DNA of 64,000 nucleotides from an uncultured Gammaproteobacteria bacterium (GTDB lineage Bacteria; Pseudomonadota; Gammaproteobacteria; Steroidobacterales; Rariloculaceae): NCBI GenBank assembly GCA_963713355.1, contig CAVQLK010000012.1, positions 36,679 to 100,678 of the forward strand, read 5' to 3'. Shown piece by piece: positions 12,645 to 20,796 of this stretch (position 1 is its first letter; each line of letters starts with the position of its first letter). The notes under the pieces were generated by a model. It saw only the letters and a program-made list of their open reading frames with translations, ran no database searches and was not told where the DNA came from. The position numbers and the translations under genes were made by a program.

Positions 12645-13085
12645 TCACGTGCTCGCGCCGTAGACCTTCTTGGCGCGGGCGACAAAGGCCGTCATCTGCG
12701 ATGCGGCTAGCTCTTCGAAGACCTTCGCAAACACGATTCCGAATGGCGACAGGGTGACCTCGAACGTCAAGGTCAACGTGACTTCTGCGCTGCCCCCTGG
12801 TCCTGGCACGAAGCGCCACTCGCCGCGCAAGCGCCGGAATGGCCCGGACACGAGATCGATGCCGATGCGGCCGGGACGCTGCAACGTATTGCGCGTGCGG
12901 AAGCTCTGATGGAAACCGACCACGCCGATGTCGAGCGTCGCTTCGATGGTGTTGCCCTGAATGAGATCGACGCGCGCGCCGCGGCACCAGTGCAAGAACT
13001 CGGGGTAGCGCTCGACGTCGTTGACGAGATCGAACATCTGCTCCGTCGTGTACGGAACATGTGCGCTGCGCTGTACTGTGGGCAA
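12645..13085 (-). CDS. ratA: RatA/PasT (Coq10-like START-domain protein)
   Basis: VPYTTEQMFDLVNDVERYPEFL and GPFRRLRGEWRF motifs; divergent from smpB. TTG start at 13085 with AGGA upstream. Confidence 0.9.
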   Translation of the reverse strand: MPTVQRSAHVPYTTEQMFDLVNDVERYPEFLHWCRGARVDLIQGNTIEATLDIGVVGFHQSFRTRNTLQRPGRIGIDLVSGPFRRLRGEWRFVPGPGGSAEVTLTLTFEVTLSPFGIVFAKVFEELAASQMTAFVARAKKVYGAST

Positions 13086-13150
13086 GAGATCCGTTCCTGT
13101 GCCGGAATGGCGTGTTCTTTTTTTGGTGATTCTAGGATCATTGCGCACCC

Positions 13151-13621
13151 ATGGCCAAGAAACAGCAATCGGGCGAGAGCTCGATCGCGCAGAACAAAAA
13201 GGCGCGCTTCGACTACTTCATCGAGGATCGCATCGAAGGCGGCCTCGCGCTGCAAGGCTGGGAAGTCAAAAGCATGCGCGCCGGCAAAGCGCAGCTCACC
13301 GATAGCTATGTGATTCTCCGCGAGGGCGAAGCGTGGCTGCTCAACTCGCACGTCACACCACTCAACACCGTATCGACCCACTATGTCGCCGAGCCCAAGC
13401 GCGTCCGCAAGGTGCTGCTGAACCGCCGCGAGATCGATCGCCTGACGGGCCTCGTCGAGCGCAAGGGCTACACGCTCGTCGCACTCGAGCTCTACTGGAG
13501 CAAAAACCACGTCAAAGTGGCCGTTGGCCTCGCCAAGGGCAAGAAACAGCACGACAAGCGCGCTACCGAGAAGGACCGCGACTGGCAACGCGATAAGGCG
13601 CAAGCGCTCAAAGCGCGCTGA
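13151..13621 (+). CDS. smpB: SsrA-binding protein SmpB
   Basis: NKKARFDYFIE, GWEVKSMRAGK and GKKQHDKR motifs; adjacent to tmRNA. Confidence 0.98.
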   Translation: MAKKQQSGESSIAQNKKARFDYFIEDRIEGGLALQGWEVKSMRAGKAQLTDSYVILREGEAWLLNSHVTPLNTVSTHYVAEPKRVRKVLLNRREIDRLTGLVERKGYTLVALELYWSKNHVKVAVGLAKGKKQHDKRATEKDRDWQRDKAQALKAR

Positions 13622-13638
13622 GACCGCGACTACGGCCC

Positions 13639-13666
13639 TTGCAACGGAAGGCGCGGGCCCTAAACT
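13639..13666 (+). promoter_or_regulatory. Sigma70-type promoter for ssrA
   Basis: TTGCAA-N16-TAAACT, ending 13 nt before the mature tmRNA 5' end. Confidence 0.55.
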
Positions 13667-13679
13667 AGGGGCTGACTTT

Positions 13680-14332
13680 GGGGGCGACTGGCTTCGACGT
13701 GGGTCGCGAAACCTGAGGTGCATGCCGAGGTGCAGAGATCCTCGTAAAACCGTCTGCAAACTGTTAGTTGCCAACGACGACAACTACGCCCTAGCCGCCT
13801 AAAAACCGGCTTAAGCCGTCTGACTGGAGCCGTGCTTGTGCGTCCAGCGTCCGCAAGGACATTCAGGCGTCATCTTCACAAGATCGCGACGAGGTACGTC
13901 CGGGACCAGATCGCTAAGATCCTTTAACGGAATCGCCGTCAGCGTGCCCTGTTCGTCGGGTTGCTGCCGGTTAAAACAATAGACGTGACTACGCATGTAG
14001 AGCTGATGGCAGAGGGCTTGCGGACGCGGGTTCGATTAACGCAATGGTCGCCTTTGCCCGCGAGGGCAAAGTGATAACGGGGCTCAATCGGTGAACCCTG
14101 GGTGACTCGGAGATGGGTCACGTGGCAACGCCGAGGGGTGCGGGAAGGCCAACTTCCCTTGCCCTGTAGAGACTCATAGACAGGCTGATGCTGCGCGCAG
14201 GAGCCTGCACTAGGATTCGGATCGCATTGGATCCGAATAACACGCCCCGCTCCGGCTCGACGGCGAGCCGGATGAAGGCATAGTCCAGCCCGTCTCGAAA
14301 GAGATGGAACAGCTGTCCCGCCGCCTCCACCA
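13680..14332 (+). ncRNA. ssrA: tmRNA, intron-split (exon 1 13680-14036, exon 2 14316-14332; 374 nt when spliced)
   Basis: Acceptor stem GGGGGCG/CGCCTCC with the G3.U70 alanine determinant, then ACCA. Tag frame 13770-13802 encodes ANDDNYALAA*. The T-arm GCGGG-TTCGATT-CCCGC forms only after 14037-14315 is removed. Confidence 0.97.
14037..14315 (+). ncRNA. Group I self-splicing intron in the tmRNA T-loop (no homing endonuclease ORF)
   Basis: 5' exon ends in U and the intron ends in G. Conserved core segments AATCGGTGAA, CAACGCCGAG, GTAGAGACT and GAAGGCATAGTCC. P1-P9 helices fold by hand. Confidence 0.93.
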
Positions 14333-14335
14333 ATT

Positions 14336-14365
14336 GTCCCTCTGGCCGAGTCGGGCCAGAGGGAC
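14336..14365. terminator. Perfect 12-bp hairpin between the convergent ssrA and YjgR-like genes
   Basis: GTCCCTCTGGCC-GAGTCG-GGCCAGAGGGAC, starting 3 nt after the tmRNA CCA. Confidence 0.7.
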
Positions 14366-14366
14366 G

Positions 14367-15901
14367 CTAACGCCGGCCACCGAGCAAAGAGCCGAAGCAG
14401 GCCGCGGATCAGCGATCGTCCCGCTTGCGAACCGACCGATCGAGCAGCGCTGTGGGCCATCGCTTCGATTAGCCCTCGTGATTGGCGCCCACCGCGTGGT
14501 CCGCGACGCCCGAGAGCAAAATGTCAGAGGGCCAGACGAGGCGCCGCCATCGCTGACGTTGCTGCGGTCGCGGCGTCGATTCTCGGTGCGGCGCCGGAGC
14601 GTGTTGCCGCGGTTCTCGCGGCGGCGGTGCCTCCGCTCTGCCCTTCAGCTTCTCGTAGGCCGATTCGCGATCTACGGTCTTCTCGTAGAAGCCGGCGAGC
14701 GGCGATTCGGCGATGAGCCGCGCTCGCTCTGCCTCGGCAAGTGGGCCGAGCTGGCTTCCCGGCGGGATGATCAGCGCGCGTTCGGTGACGGCGGGCCGGC
14801 CCTTCTCGTCGAGCAGCGACACGAGCGCCTCGCCGACTCCGAGCTCCGTGATGACCTGCTCGACGGAGAAGGCAGGATTCGGCCGCATCGTTTCCGCGGC
14901 GGACTCACGGCCTTCTGGTCGCGGGGCGTGAACGCGCGCAGCGCGTGCTGCACGCGGTTGCCGAGCTGACCGAGCACTGCATCCGGAATGTCGAGCGGAT
15001 TCTGTGTGACGAAGTAGACGCCGACGCCCTTCGAGCGAATCAGCCGCACGACTTGCTCGATCTTCTCGAGCAGCGCCCGCGGCGCATCGGCGAACAACAG
15101 ATGCGCTTCGTCGAAGAAGAAAACGAGTCGCGGCTTCTCGGGGTCGCCGACCTCGGGCAGGCGCTCGAACAGCTCGGCGAGCAACCACAACAGCAAGGTC
15201 GCATAGAGCTTCGGCGAGGTCATGAGCCGATCGGCAGCGAGGATATTGACGACGCCGCGGCCGTCCGCGGTCTGCATGAGATCGTCGATGTTCAACATCG
15301 GCTCGCCGAACAGCTGCTCGACGCCCTGCGTCTCCAGCGCGAGCAAACCGCGTTGAATAGCTCCGACCGACGCGGCCGACACGTTGCCGTACTCCGTCGT
15401 GAGCTCCGCCGCGTGCTCGCCGACATGCTGCAGCATTGCGCGCAAATCCTTGAGATCGAGAAGCAGCAGTCCCGCGTCGTCGGCGATCTTGAAGGTGAGA
15501 TTCAGCACGCCTTCCTGGGTGTCGTTCAACTGCAGCAGCCGCGCGAGCAGCAGCGGGCCGAGATCCGATACCGTCGCGCGAATCGGGTGGCCGCGTTTGC
15601 CGAAGACGTCCCAGAAGGCGACGGGGCAGGCTTCGTAGCGCAGCTCGACGCCAAGAGTTGCTGCGCGCTCCGCAACCTTCGCGTTCGCGCCTCCGGCGGC
15701 GGCGAGCCCCGAGAGATCACCTTTGACGTCGGCCATGAAGACCGGCACGCCGATCCTCGAGAACTGCTCCGCGAGCGTTTGCAGCGACACCGTCTTGCCC
15801 GTGCCCGTCGCGCCCGTGATGAGCCCATGGCGATTTGCGAGCGCCGGCAGCAACGACAGCGATGTCGCTCCGGCCTTCGCAACGAGAAGCGGCTGGCTCA
15901 T
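14367..15901 (-). CDS. YjgR/DUF853 HerA-like ATPase, broken by several frameshifts (indel errors or pseudogene)
   Basis: [16 protein letters not shown] and [10 protein letters not shown] motifs. The protein continues through three ORF-track frames (14771..15922, 14469..15188, 13939..14460) and can be reconstructed to end [13 protein letters not shown] at 14367. Confidence 0.85.
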
Positions 15902-16025
15902 ATGGTGCACCTCGGCACGCAACGGTGACGCTCGCGCGCCCGCGCTTCCGAATATACAACACGGCCTTTTCTACGGTAGCTTACGCCGCTGCTCGCATGA
16001 CAAACCGTTCGGGGGATTCGTCGCG

Positions 16026-18107
16026 ATGGCGACCACAGTGACGCAACGCTTGCCAAGGCCGGTCTCGTTCATCGTGTGGATGGGGGTCGTAGTCCTCGGC
16101 ACGTTGGCTCTTGGCGCTATCGCCCTAACGCGCGGCGAAAGCGTCGACGCGCTGTGGTTCATCGTCGCCGCCGTTTGCGTTTACGCGCTTGGCTACCGCT
16201 TCTACAGCGCATTCCTCGCCGCGAAGGTTTTCGCGCTCGATCCGACGCGCGCCACACCGGCCGAGCGCTTCAGCGACGGGCGCGACTTCGTGCCGACGAA
16301 CCGCTGGGTCGTGTTCGGCCATCATTTCGCGGCGATCGCGGGACCGGGTCCGCTGATCGGCCCGACGCTCGCGGCCCAGTTCGGCTATCTGCCGGGTACA
16401 TTGTGGATCTTGATAGGCGCCGTGCTCGGCGGCTGCGTGCAGGACTTCGTCGCTCTGTTTTGCTCGATCCGGCGCGATGGCCGCTCGCTCGGCCAGATGG
16501 CGCGCGATGAGCTCGGCCCGATCGGCGGCGCCGTCGCGCTGATCGGCGTCATGGCGATCATGATCATCTTGATCGCGGTGCTCGGCCTCGTCGTCGTGAA
16601 CGCGATGCGGCACAGCCCATGGGCGACGTCGACCGTCGCGGCAACGATTCCGATCGCCGTGCTGATCGGTCTGTTCATGCGCCATCTGCGCCCCGGCCGC
16701 GTGCTCGAGGGCACGGCCATCGGCGTCGTGTTGCTGCTGGCCGCCGTGTTCGGCGGGGGCTGGATCGACGAGCACCCGACGCTGCGCACGTGGTTCGACT
16801 ACGACGCGCCGGCGCTCGCGCTGATGGTCATCTTGTACGGCTTCGCGGCAGCGGTCCTGCCCGTATGGCTGCTGCTCGCGCCACGCGATTATCTCTCGAC
16901 GTTCATGAAGATCGGCACGATCGTCGCGCTCGCGATCGCGATCCTTGTTATCAATCCTCAGGTGCAGATGCCCGCGCTGACTCAATTCATCGACGGCACC
17001 GGGCCCATCTTCGGCGGCAACGTGTTTCCATTCGTGTTCATCACGATCGCGTGCGGCGCAATCTCGGGTTTCCACTCGCTGATCGCCTCGGGCACGACGC
17101 CGAAGCTGCTCGCCAACGAACGTGACGCGCGCTTCATCGGCTACGGCGCCATGGCGATGGAGTCGTTCGTCGCCGTCATGGCGATGGTCGCGGCGTGCGT
17201 GCTCGACCCCGGTGTCTACTTCGCGATCAACAGCCCGGCCGGCGTCGTCGGCGCCGACGCTGCGACTGCCGTGGCGACGATCAGCTCGTGGGGCTTTCCT
17301 GTCACCGTCGATCAGATGGACGCGTTGGCGCGCGACATGGGCGAGAGCACGTTGTTCGCGCGCACGGGCGGCGCTCCTTCGCTGGCCGTGGGCATGGCGA
17401 GCATTTTCTCGAGCGCGTTCGGCAACACGCTGCTCTCGGTCTGGTACCACTTCGCAATCATGTTCGAGGCGTTGTTCATCCTGACGACCGTCGACGCCGG
17501 AACGCGCGTCGCGCGCTTCATGCTCCAGGACCTGCTCGGCAACGTCGCACGCCCCATGGGGCGCACGAGCTGGTATCCGAGCGTGCTGATCTGCAGCGCG
17601 CTCGTCGTCGCCGCGTGGGGCTATTTCCTCTATTACGGCACGCTCGATCCGCTCGGCGGCATCAACAGCCTATGGCCGCTGTTCGGAATCGCCAATCAGA
17701 TGCTGGCCGCGATCGCGTTGTGCGTCGCGACGACGGTCCTCGTGAAATCGGCGCGCGCGCGATTCGCGTGGGTGACGGTGCTGCCGTTGGCCTGGCTCGT
17801 GGCCGTCACGACAGTGGCTGCTTGGGAGAAGCTGTTCAGCTCCGACTTGCGAGTCGGCTTCCTCTCGCATGCCAACGACCTCGCGGCGAAGCTCGAGGCG
17901 GGATCGCTAACCGGTGCTGCGGCCGATCAAGCGCCGCAACTGATTTTCAACGATCGGCTCGACGCCGCGCTGACCTTATTCTTCTTGATCACGGTCTGGG
18001 TGCTCGTTGTCGAGACGGCGCGCATCTGCCACGCGTGCCTATCGGGCCGTCGCTGCCCGCCGCTGTCCGAGACGCCGCACGTGCAGACGCGGCTCGTGGA
18101 GGGTTGA
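16026..18107 (+). CDS. cstA: Carbon starvation protein A family peptide/pyruvate transporter (CstA/BtsT)
   Basis: FGHHFAAIAGPGPLIGP, LLAPRDYLSTFMKIG and ACGAISGFH motifs; many transmembrane segments. Confidence 0.95.
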   Translation: MATTVTQRLPRPVSFIVWMGVVVLGTLALGAIALTRGESVDALWFIVAAVCVYALGYRFYSAFLAAKVFALDPTRATPAERFSDGRDFVPTNRWVVFGHHFAAIAGPGPLIGPTLAAQFGYLPGTLWILIGAVLGGCVQDFVALFCSIRRDGRSLGQMARDELGPIGGAVALIGVMAIMIILIAVLGLVVVNAMRHSPWATSTVAATIPIAVLIGLFMRHLRPGRVLEGTAIGVVLLLAAVFGGGWIDEHPTLRTWFDYDAPALALMVILYGFAAAVLPVWLLLAPRDYLSTFMKIGTIVALAIAILVINPQVQMPALTQFIDGTGPIFGGNVFPFVFITIACGAISGFHSLIASGTTPKLLANERDARFIGYGAMAMESFVAVMAMVAACVLDPGVYFAINSPAGVVGADAATAVATISSWGFPVTVDQMDALARDMGESTLFARTGGAPSLAVGMASIFSSAFGNTLLSVWYHFAIMFEALFILTTVDAGTRVARFMLQDLLGNVARPMGRTSWYPSVLICSALVVAAWGYFLYYGTLDPLGGINSLWPLFGIANQMLAAIALCVATTVLVKSARARFAWVTVLPLAWLVAVTTVAAWEKLFSSDLRVGFLSHANDLAAKLEAGSLTGAAADQAPQLIFNDRLDAALTLFFLITVWVLVVETARICHACLSGRRCPPLSETPHVQTRLVEG

Positions 18108-18111
18108 AGCG

Positions 18112-18297
18112 ATGCGCGGCGCGCTACGCAGGCTTTGGACTCTGCTCCGCGAGGTGACGGGCGACGACGCTTACGAGCGCTACGTCGATCACTGGCGCGC
18201 CCGCCACGCAGGCAAAGGCGGTGCCCCGCTCGACCGTGCGTCGTTCTGCCGTGAGGAGCTCCGGCGCAAGTGGGATGGCGTTCGCCGCTGCTGCTGA
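18112..18297 (+). CDS. YbdD/YjiX (DUF466) small protein
   Basis: GDDAYERYVDH motif and C-terminal RCC; directly after cstA, as usual for the family. Confidence 0.85.
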   Translation: MRGALRRLWTLLREVTGDDAYERYVDHWRARHAGKGGAPLDRASFCREELRRKWDGVRRCC

Positions 18298-18348
18298 TAT
18301 TGGCCTAGAGGAGCAGCCTACGCGCTGCCGGACTTGCGTCTTTCGGGC

Positions 18349-19002
18349 TCAACGAGCCGCGCGCCGCGCCGTCACGTCGTAACGGAACGAGAGCTTCTCA
18401 CCGACTTGCAGCGCACCCGCCATGACGCTGAAGGGCTTCATGCCAAGATCGGCGTGGTTGAGCTCGAACTCTCCCTTGGCACGTAGCACTTCGTCCTCGA
18501 TCGTTACTTCGGTCGGCACTTTCAGATCGACAGTGCGGCCGAGCAGCTCGACCTTGACGGCAAGCTCCTGCTTGCCGGCGCCGGTCGTGGGGCCGGCGCC
18601 GACGAGGCGGATCTGCGGGTGCTTCTCGCCGTCGAGCACGCGCTCACTCAGCATGTTGGAGCGGGTGCCCGCAATGTCGTCCGGCGTCGGGATGCTCGCG
18701 AACTCCTCTCCGAGCGTGCTGCGCAGCGCCGGGTCGTCGACCACGAGCTCGGCGGCAGTGAATTGAAGGTCGAACTGAGACTTCGCCAAATCGTCGCGAT
18801 TCACGGTGACGTTGCCGCTCAAGTCGCCGACGGCGATGGTGTGATTGTGGCCGAGCCGAGCCAAGGCGCCGGCTTTGTAGACGAGCCAATGGACGTCGGA
18901 TTGCGCGGTATCGACGACATAACGCTCAGCTGCGCCCTGCGCCGATGCGACGCCGCCGAGGAGCAACCCCGTCAAGCCGACGATCAGCCCTGCCCTTGCC
19001 AT
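18349..19002 (-). CDS. YceI-family periplasmic lipid/polyisoprenoid-binding protein
   Basis: Signal peptide, ARLGHNH, and DLGMKPFSVMAGALQV motif; GGGAGAGG RBS before ATG 19002. Confidence 0.75.
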   Translation of the reverse strand: MARAGLIVGLTGLLLGGVASAQGAAERYVVDTAQSDVHWLVYKAGALARLGHNHTIAVGDLSGNVTVNRDDLAKSQFDLQFTAAELVVDDPALRSTLGEEFASIPTPDDIAGTRSNMLSERVLDGEKHPQIRLVGAGPTTGAGKQELAVKVELLGRTVDLKVPTEVTIEDEVLRAKGEFELNHADLGMKPFSVMAGALQVGEKLSFRYDVTARRAAR

Positions 19003-19276
19003 GCGCCTCTCCCAGAATCCGTGAGCAGCCATTCCTCAGAGAGAAGTCTACTCCACGACGGCTGAACGGACCCTGACCGCACCCGCCACCCTTTCGCTCG
19101 GCGCACGCGGCTATCGCGGCGCCGCGCGCCGTCCCAGGCGCGTGCTCTAACGTTCAATCGGCAGGCTGAATCTTCTCGAAGGCCCGCGGTCAGAGCATGC
19201 GTGTCGCCCCCAGTTCAGTGTGCTAACGTTTCAATCCGGGGGGCAATTAATCTGCACAGGACGTAAGATTCCGTTC

Positions 19277-19975
19277 ATGTCCCTGCTGCCCTTAGACGCG
19301 TCGAGGCTCCGCTGGCTGGCGATTGCCACGGCCACGTGTCTAGCGGGCTGCGGCGGATCTCAGGTCATCGTCGAATCCACGTTCCCGCGGCCTGTCATCG
19401 AGCCGCTGCCCGTCAGCATGGGCATCGTCATTCCTGACGAGCTGTACAACTTTATCTACACCGAGGACATCCCCGATCAGTCCCTGTGGACGATCGCGCT
19501 CGGCGACGCAAATGTAGCGATGCTCGCGCCTCTGTTCGAAGGGATGTTCCGCGACACCACGGACCTCGCCTCGCTGGCATTGGCCGCAGCGGACACTACG
19601 CTCGACGGCGTTATCGAGCCGAAGCTCGAAAAATTCGAGTTCGACGTGCCGACGGGCGAGCGAGACGAGTTTGTCGAGGTCTGGTTGCAGTATCAGATCA
19701 ACGTGTACGAGCCCGACGGAGCGACGGTCATCCAATGGCCCGTGTCCGGCTATGGCAAATCCGAGCTGCTTCGAGACGCCGAGGACGCGGTGCAGCGCGC
19801 CGCGATCGTGGCGATGCGCGAAGCCGGCGCAACGATTTCGACGAAATTCAGTGAGCAACCTCAAATAAAGCAGTGGTTAGGGGGTATGGATCATGACGCA
19901 CCCGTTGCAGTCGGACCCCAGGCAGCTGTCGGCGTGCCTGCCGCAGCCGAATCGTCGTCCGTCCCATTGGAATAG
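19277..19975 (+). CDS. Hypothetical lipoprotein
   Basis: Signal peptide with lipobox LAGC; GC3-rich coding pattern. Confidence 0.7.
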   Translation: MSLLPLDASRLRWLAIATATCLAGCGGSQVIVESTFPRPVIEPLPVSMGIVIPDELYNFIYTEDIPDQSLWTIALGDANVAMLAPLFEGMFRDTTDLASLALAAADTTLDGVIEPKLEKFEFDVPTGERDEFVEVWLQYQINVYEPDGATVIQWPVSGYGKSELLRDAEDAVQRAAIVAMREAGATISTKFSEQPQIKQWLGGMDHDAPVAVGPQAAVGVPAAAESSSVPLE

Positions 19976-19976
19976 C

Positions 19977-20675
19977 GTGGGCCCGCTTCGCGTCATCGCC
20001 ATCGTTGCAGCGTTGCCGCTGCTCGGCGCATGCGGCATCACCGCGCGCATCGAGCCGTACAAGCAGACCGACGCCGTCATCGCCGAAGGCGAGCACGTGG
20101 TGGTTCTCGCGCGCAAGCAGCATTCCACGCACGAAGCCGAGGAAGAGTTCGTCCAATGCTTGAGCGATGGGCTCGCCGACGGCAAGGAAGGGCTCGCCGT
20201 GCACTCGTCGAAGGAATTCGAAGACAAGATGTACCCCTGGTTCGAGCCCTCGACGGCGCCGCTGAGCACCGAGGACCTGACGGTGCTGCTCGAGCGCCCC
20301 GGAGTCCTCGATCAGGTACGTACGACCGGCGTGCGGTACCTCATCTGGGTCGACGGCTCGACCGATCGCGTCGCGAGCGGCGGCGGGATCACGTGTGCCG
20401 CGGGTGTCGGCGGCGCGGGTTGCATGGGCCTCGCCTGGTGGGAGGACGACTCGCGCTACGACTTCACGGTTTGGGACATCAAGGACGTCGAGTCCGAGGG
20501 CACGATCCACGCCGACGTGAAGGGGCGCTCGGTCATGCCGGCCATCGTGATCCCGATCCCGTTGATCACGCGGCCGCAGGCCCACGCGTGCCGCGGGCTC
20601 ACGGATCAGCTGCGCCAGTTCTTGACGACGCCCGAAGGGTACCAATCGCCCGCCACGGCAGCCGACGTCGGCTAG
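19977..20675 (+). CDS. Hypothetical lipoprotein
   Basis: GTG start 1 nt after the previous stop; lipobox LGAC; four further Cys and a glycine-rich GGGITCAAGVGGAGCMG segment. Confidence 0.7.
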   Translation: MGPLRVIAIVAALPLLGACGITARIEPYKQTDAVIAEGEHVVVLARKQHSTHEAEEEFVQCLSDGLADGKEGLAVHSSKEFEDKMYPWFEPSTAPLSTEDLTVLLERPGVLDQVRTTGVRYLIWVDGSTDRVASGGGITCAAGVGGAGCMGLAWWEDDSRYDFTVWDIKDVESEGTIHADVKGRSVMPAIVIPIPLITRPQAHACRGLTDQLRQFLTTPEGYQSPATAADVG

Positions 20676-20796
20676 CCGATCCTGCGACGCGGCTCGGCGC
20701 CCCGAATCTGCCGACTCCGTCGGTACCGGTGTGCCTGCGCGCCTCTAGACTGCGCGCTGCACTCCTCATCGCCTGCGTGACGGCAGGCCGGCATCC

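Noticed and set aside
13668-13689. GGGGCTGACT just upstream of GGGGGCGACT as an alternative tmRNA 5' end
   Set aside because: Only GGGGGCG at 13680 pairs fully with the 3' acceptor strand CGCCTCC; the upstream copy is leader sequence.
14037-14332. Insert in ssrA read as a genomic island remnant (attL/attR) or a permuted two-piece tmRNA
   Set aside because: The 3' end is not duplicated, there is no integrase, the exons are in normal order, and the insert folds as a complete group I core.
14118-14333. 71-aa minus-strand ORF over the intron as a homing endonuclease
   Set aside because: It is antisense, too short, overlaps the catalytic core and has no LAGLIDADG, GIY-YIG or HNH motif.
18286-18345. 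Selenocysteine read-through at the TGA of the DUF466 gene
   Set aside because: The protein already ends RCC with both Cys encoded, and no convincing SECIS hairpin follows.
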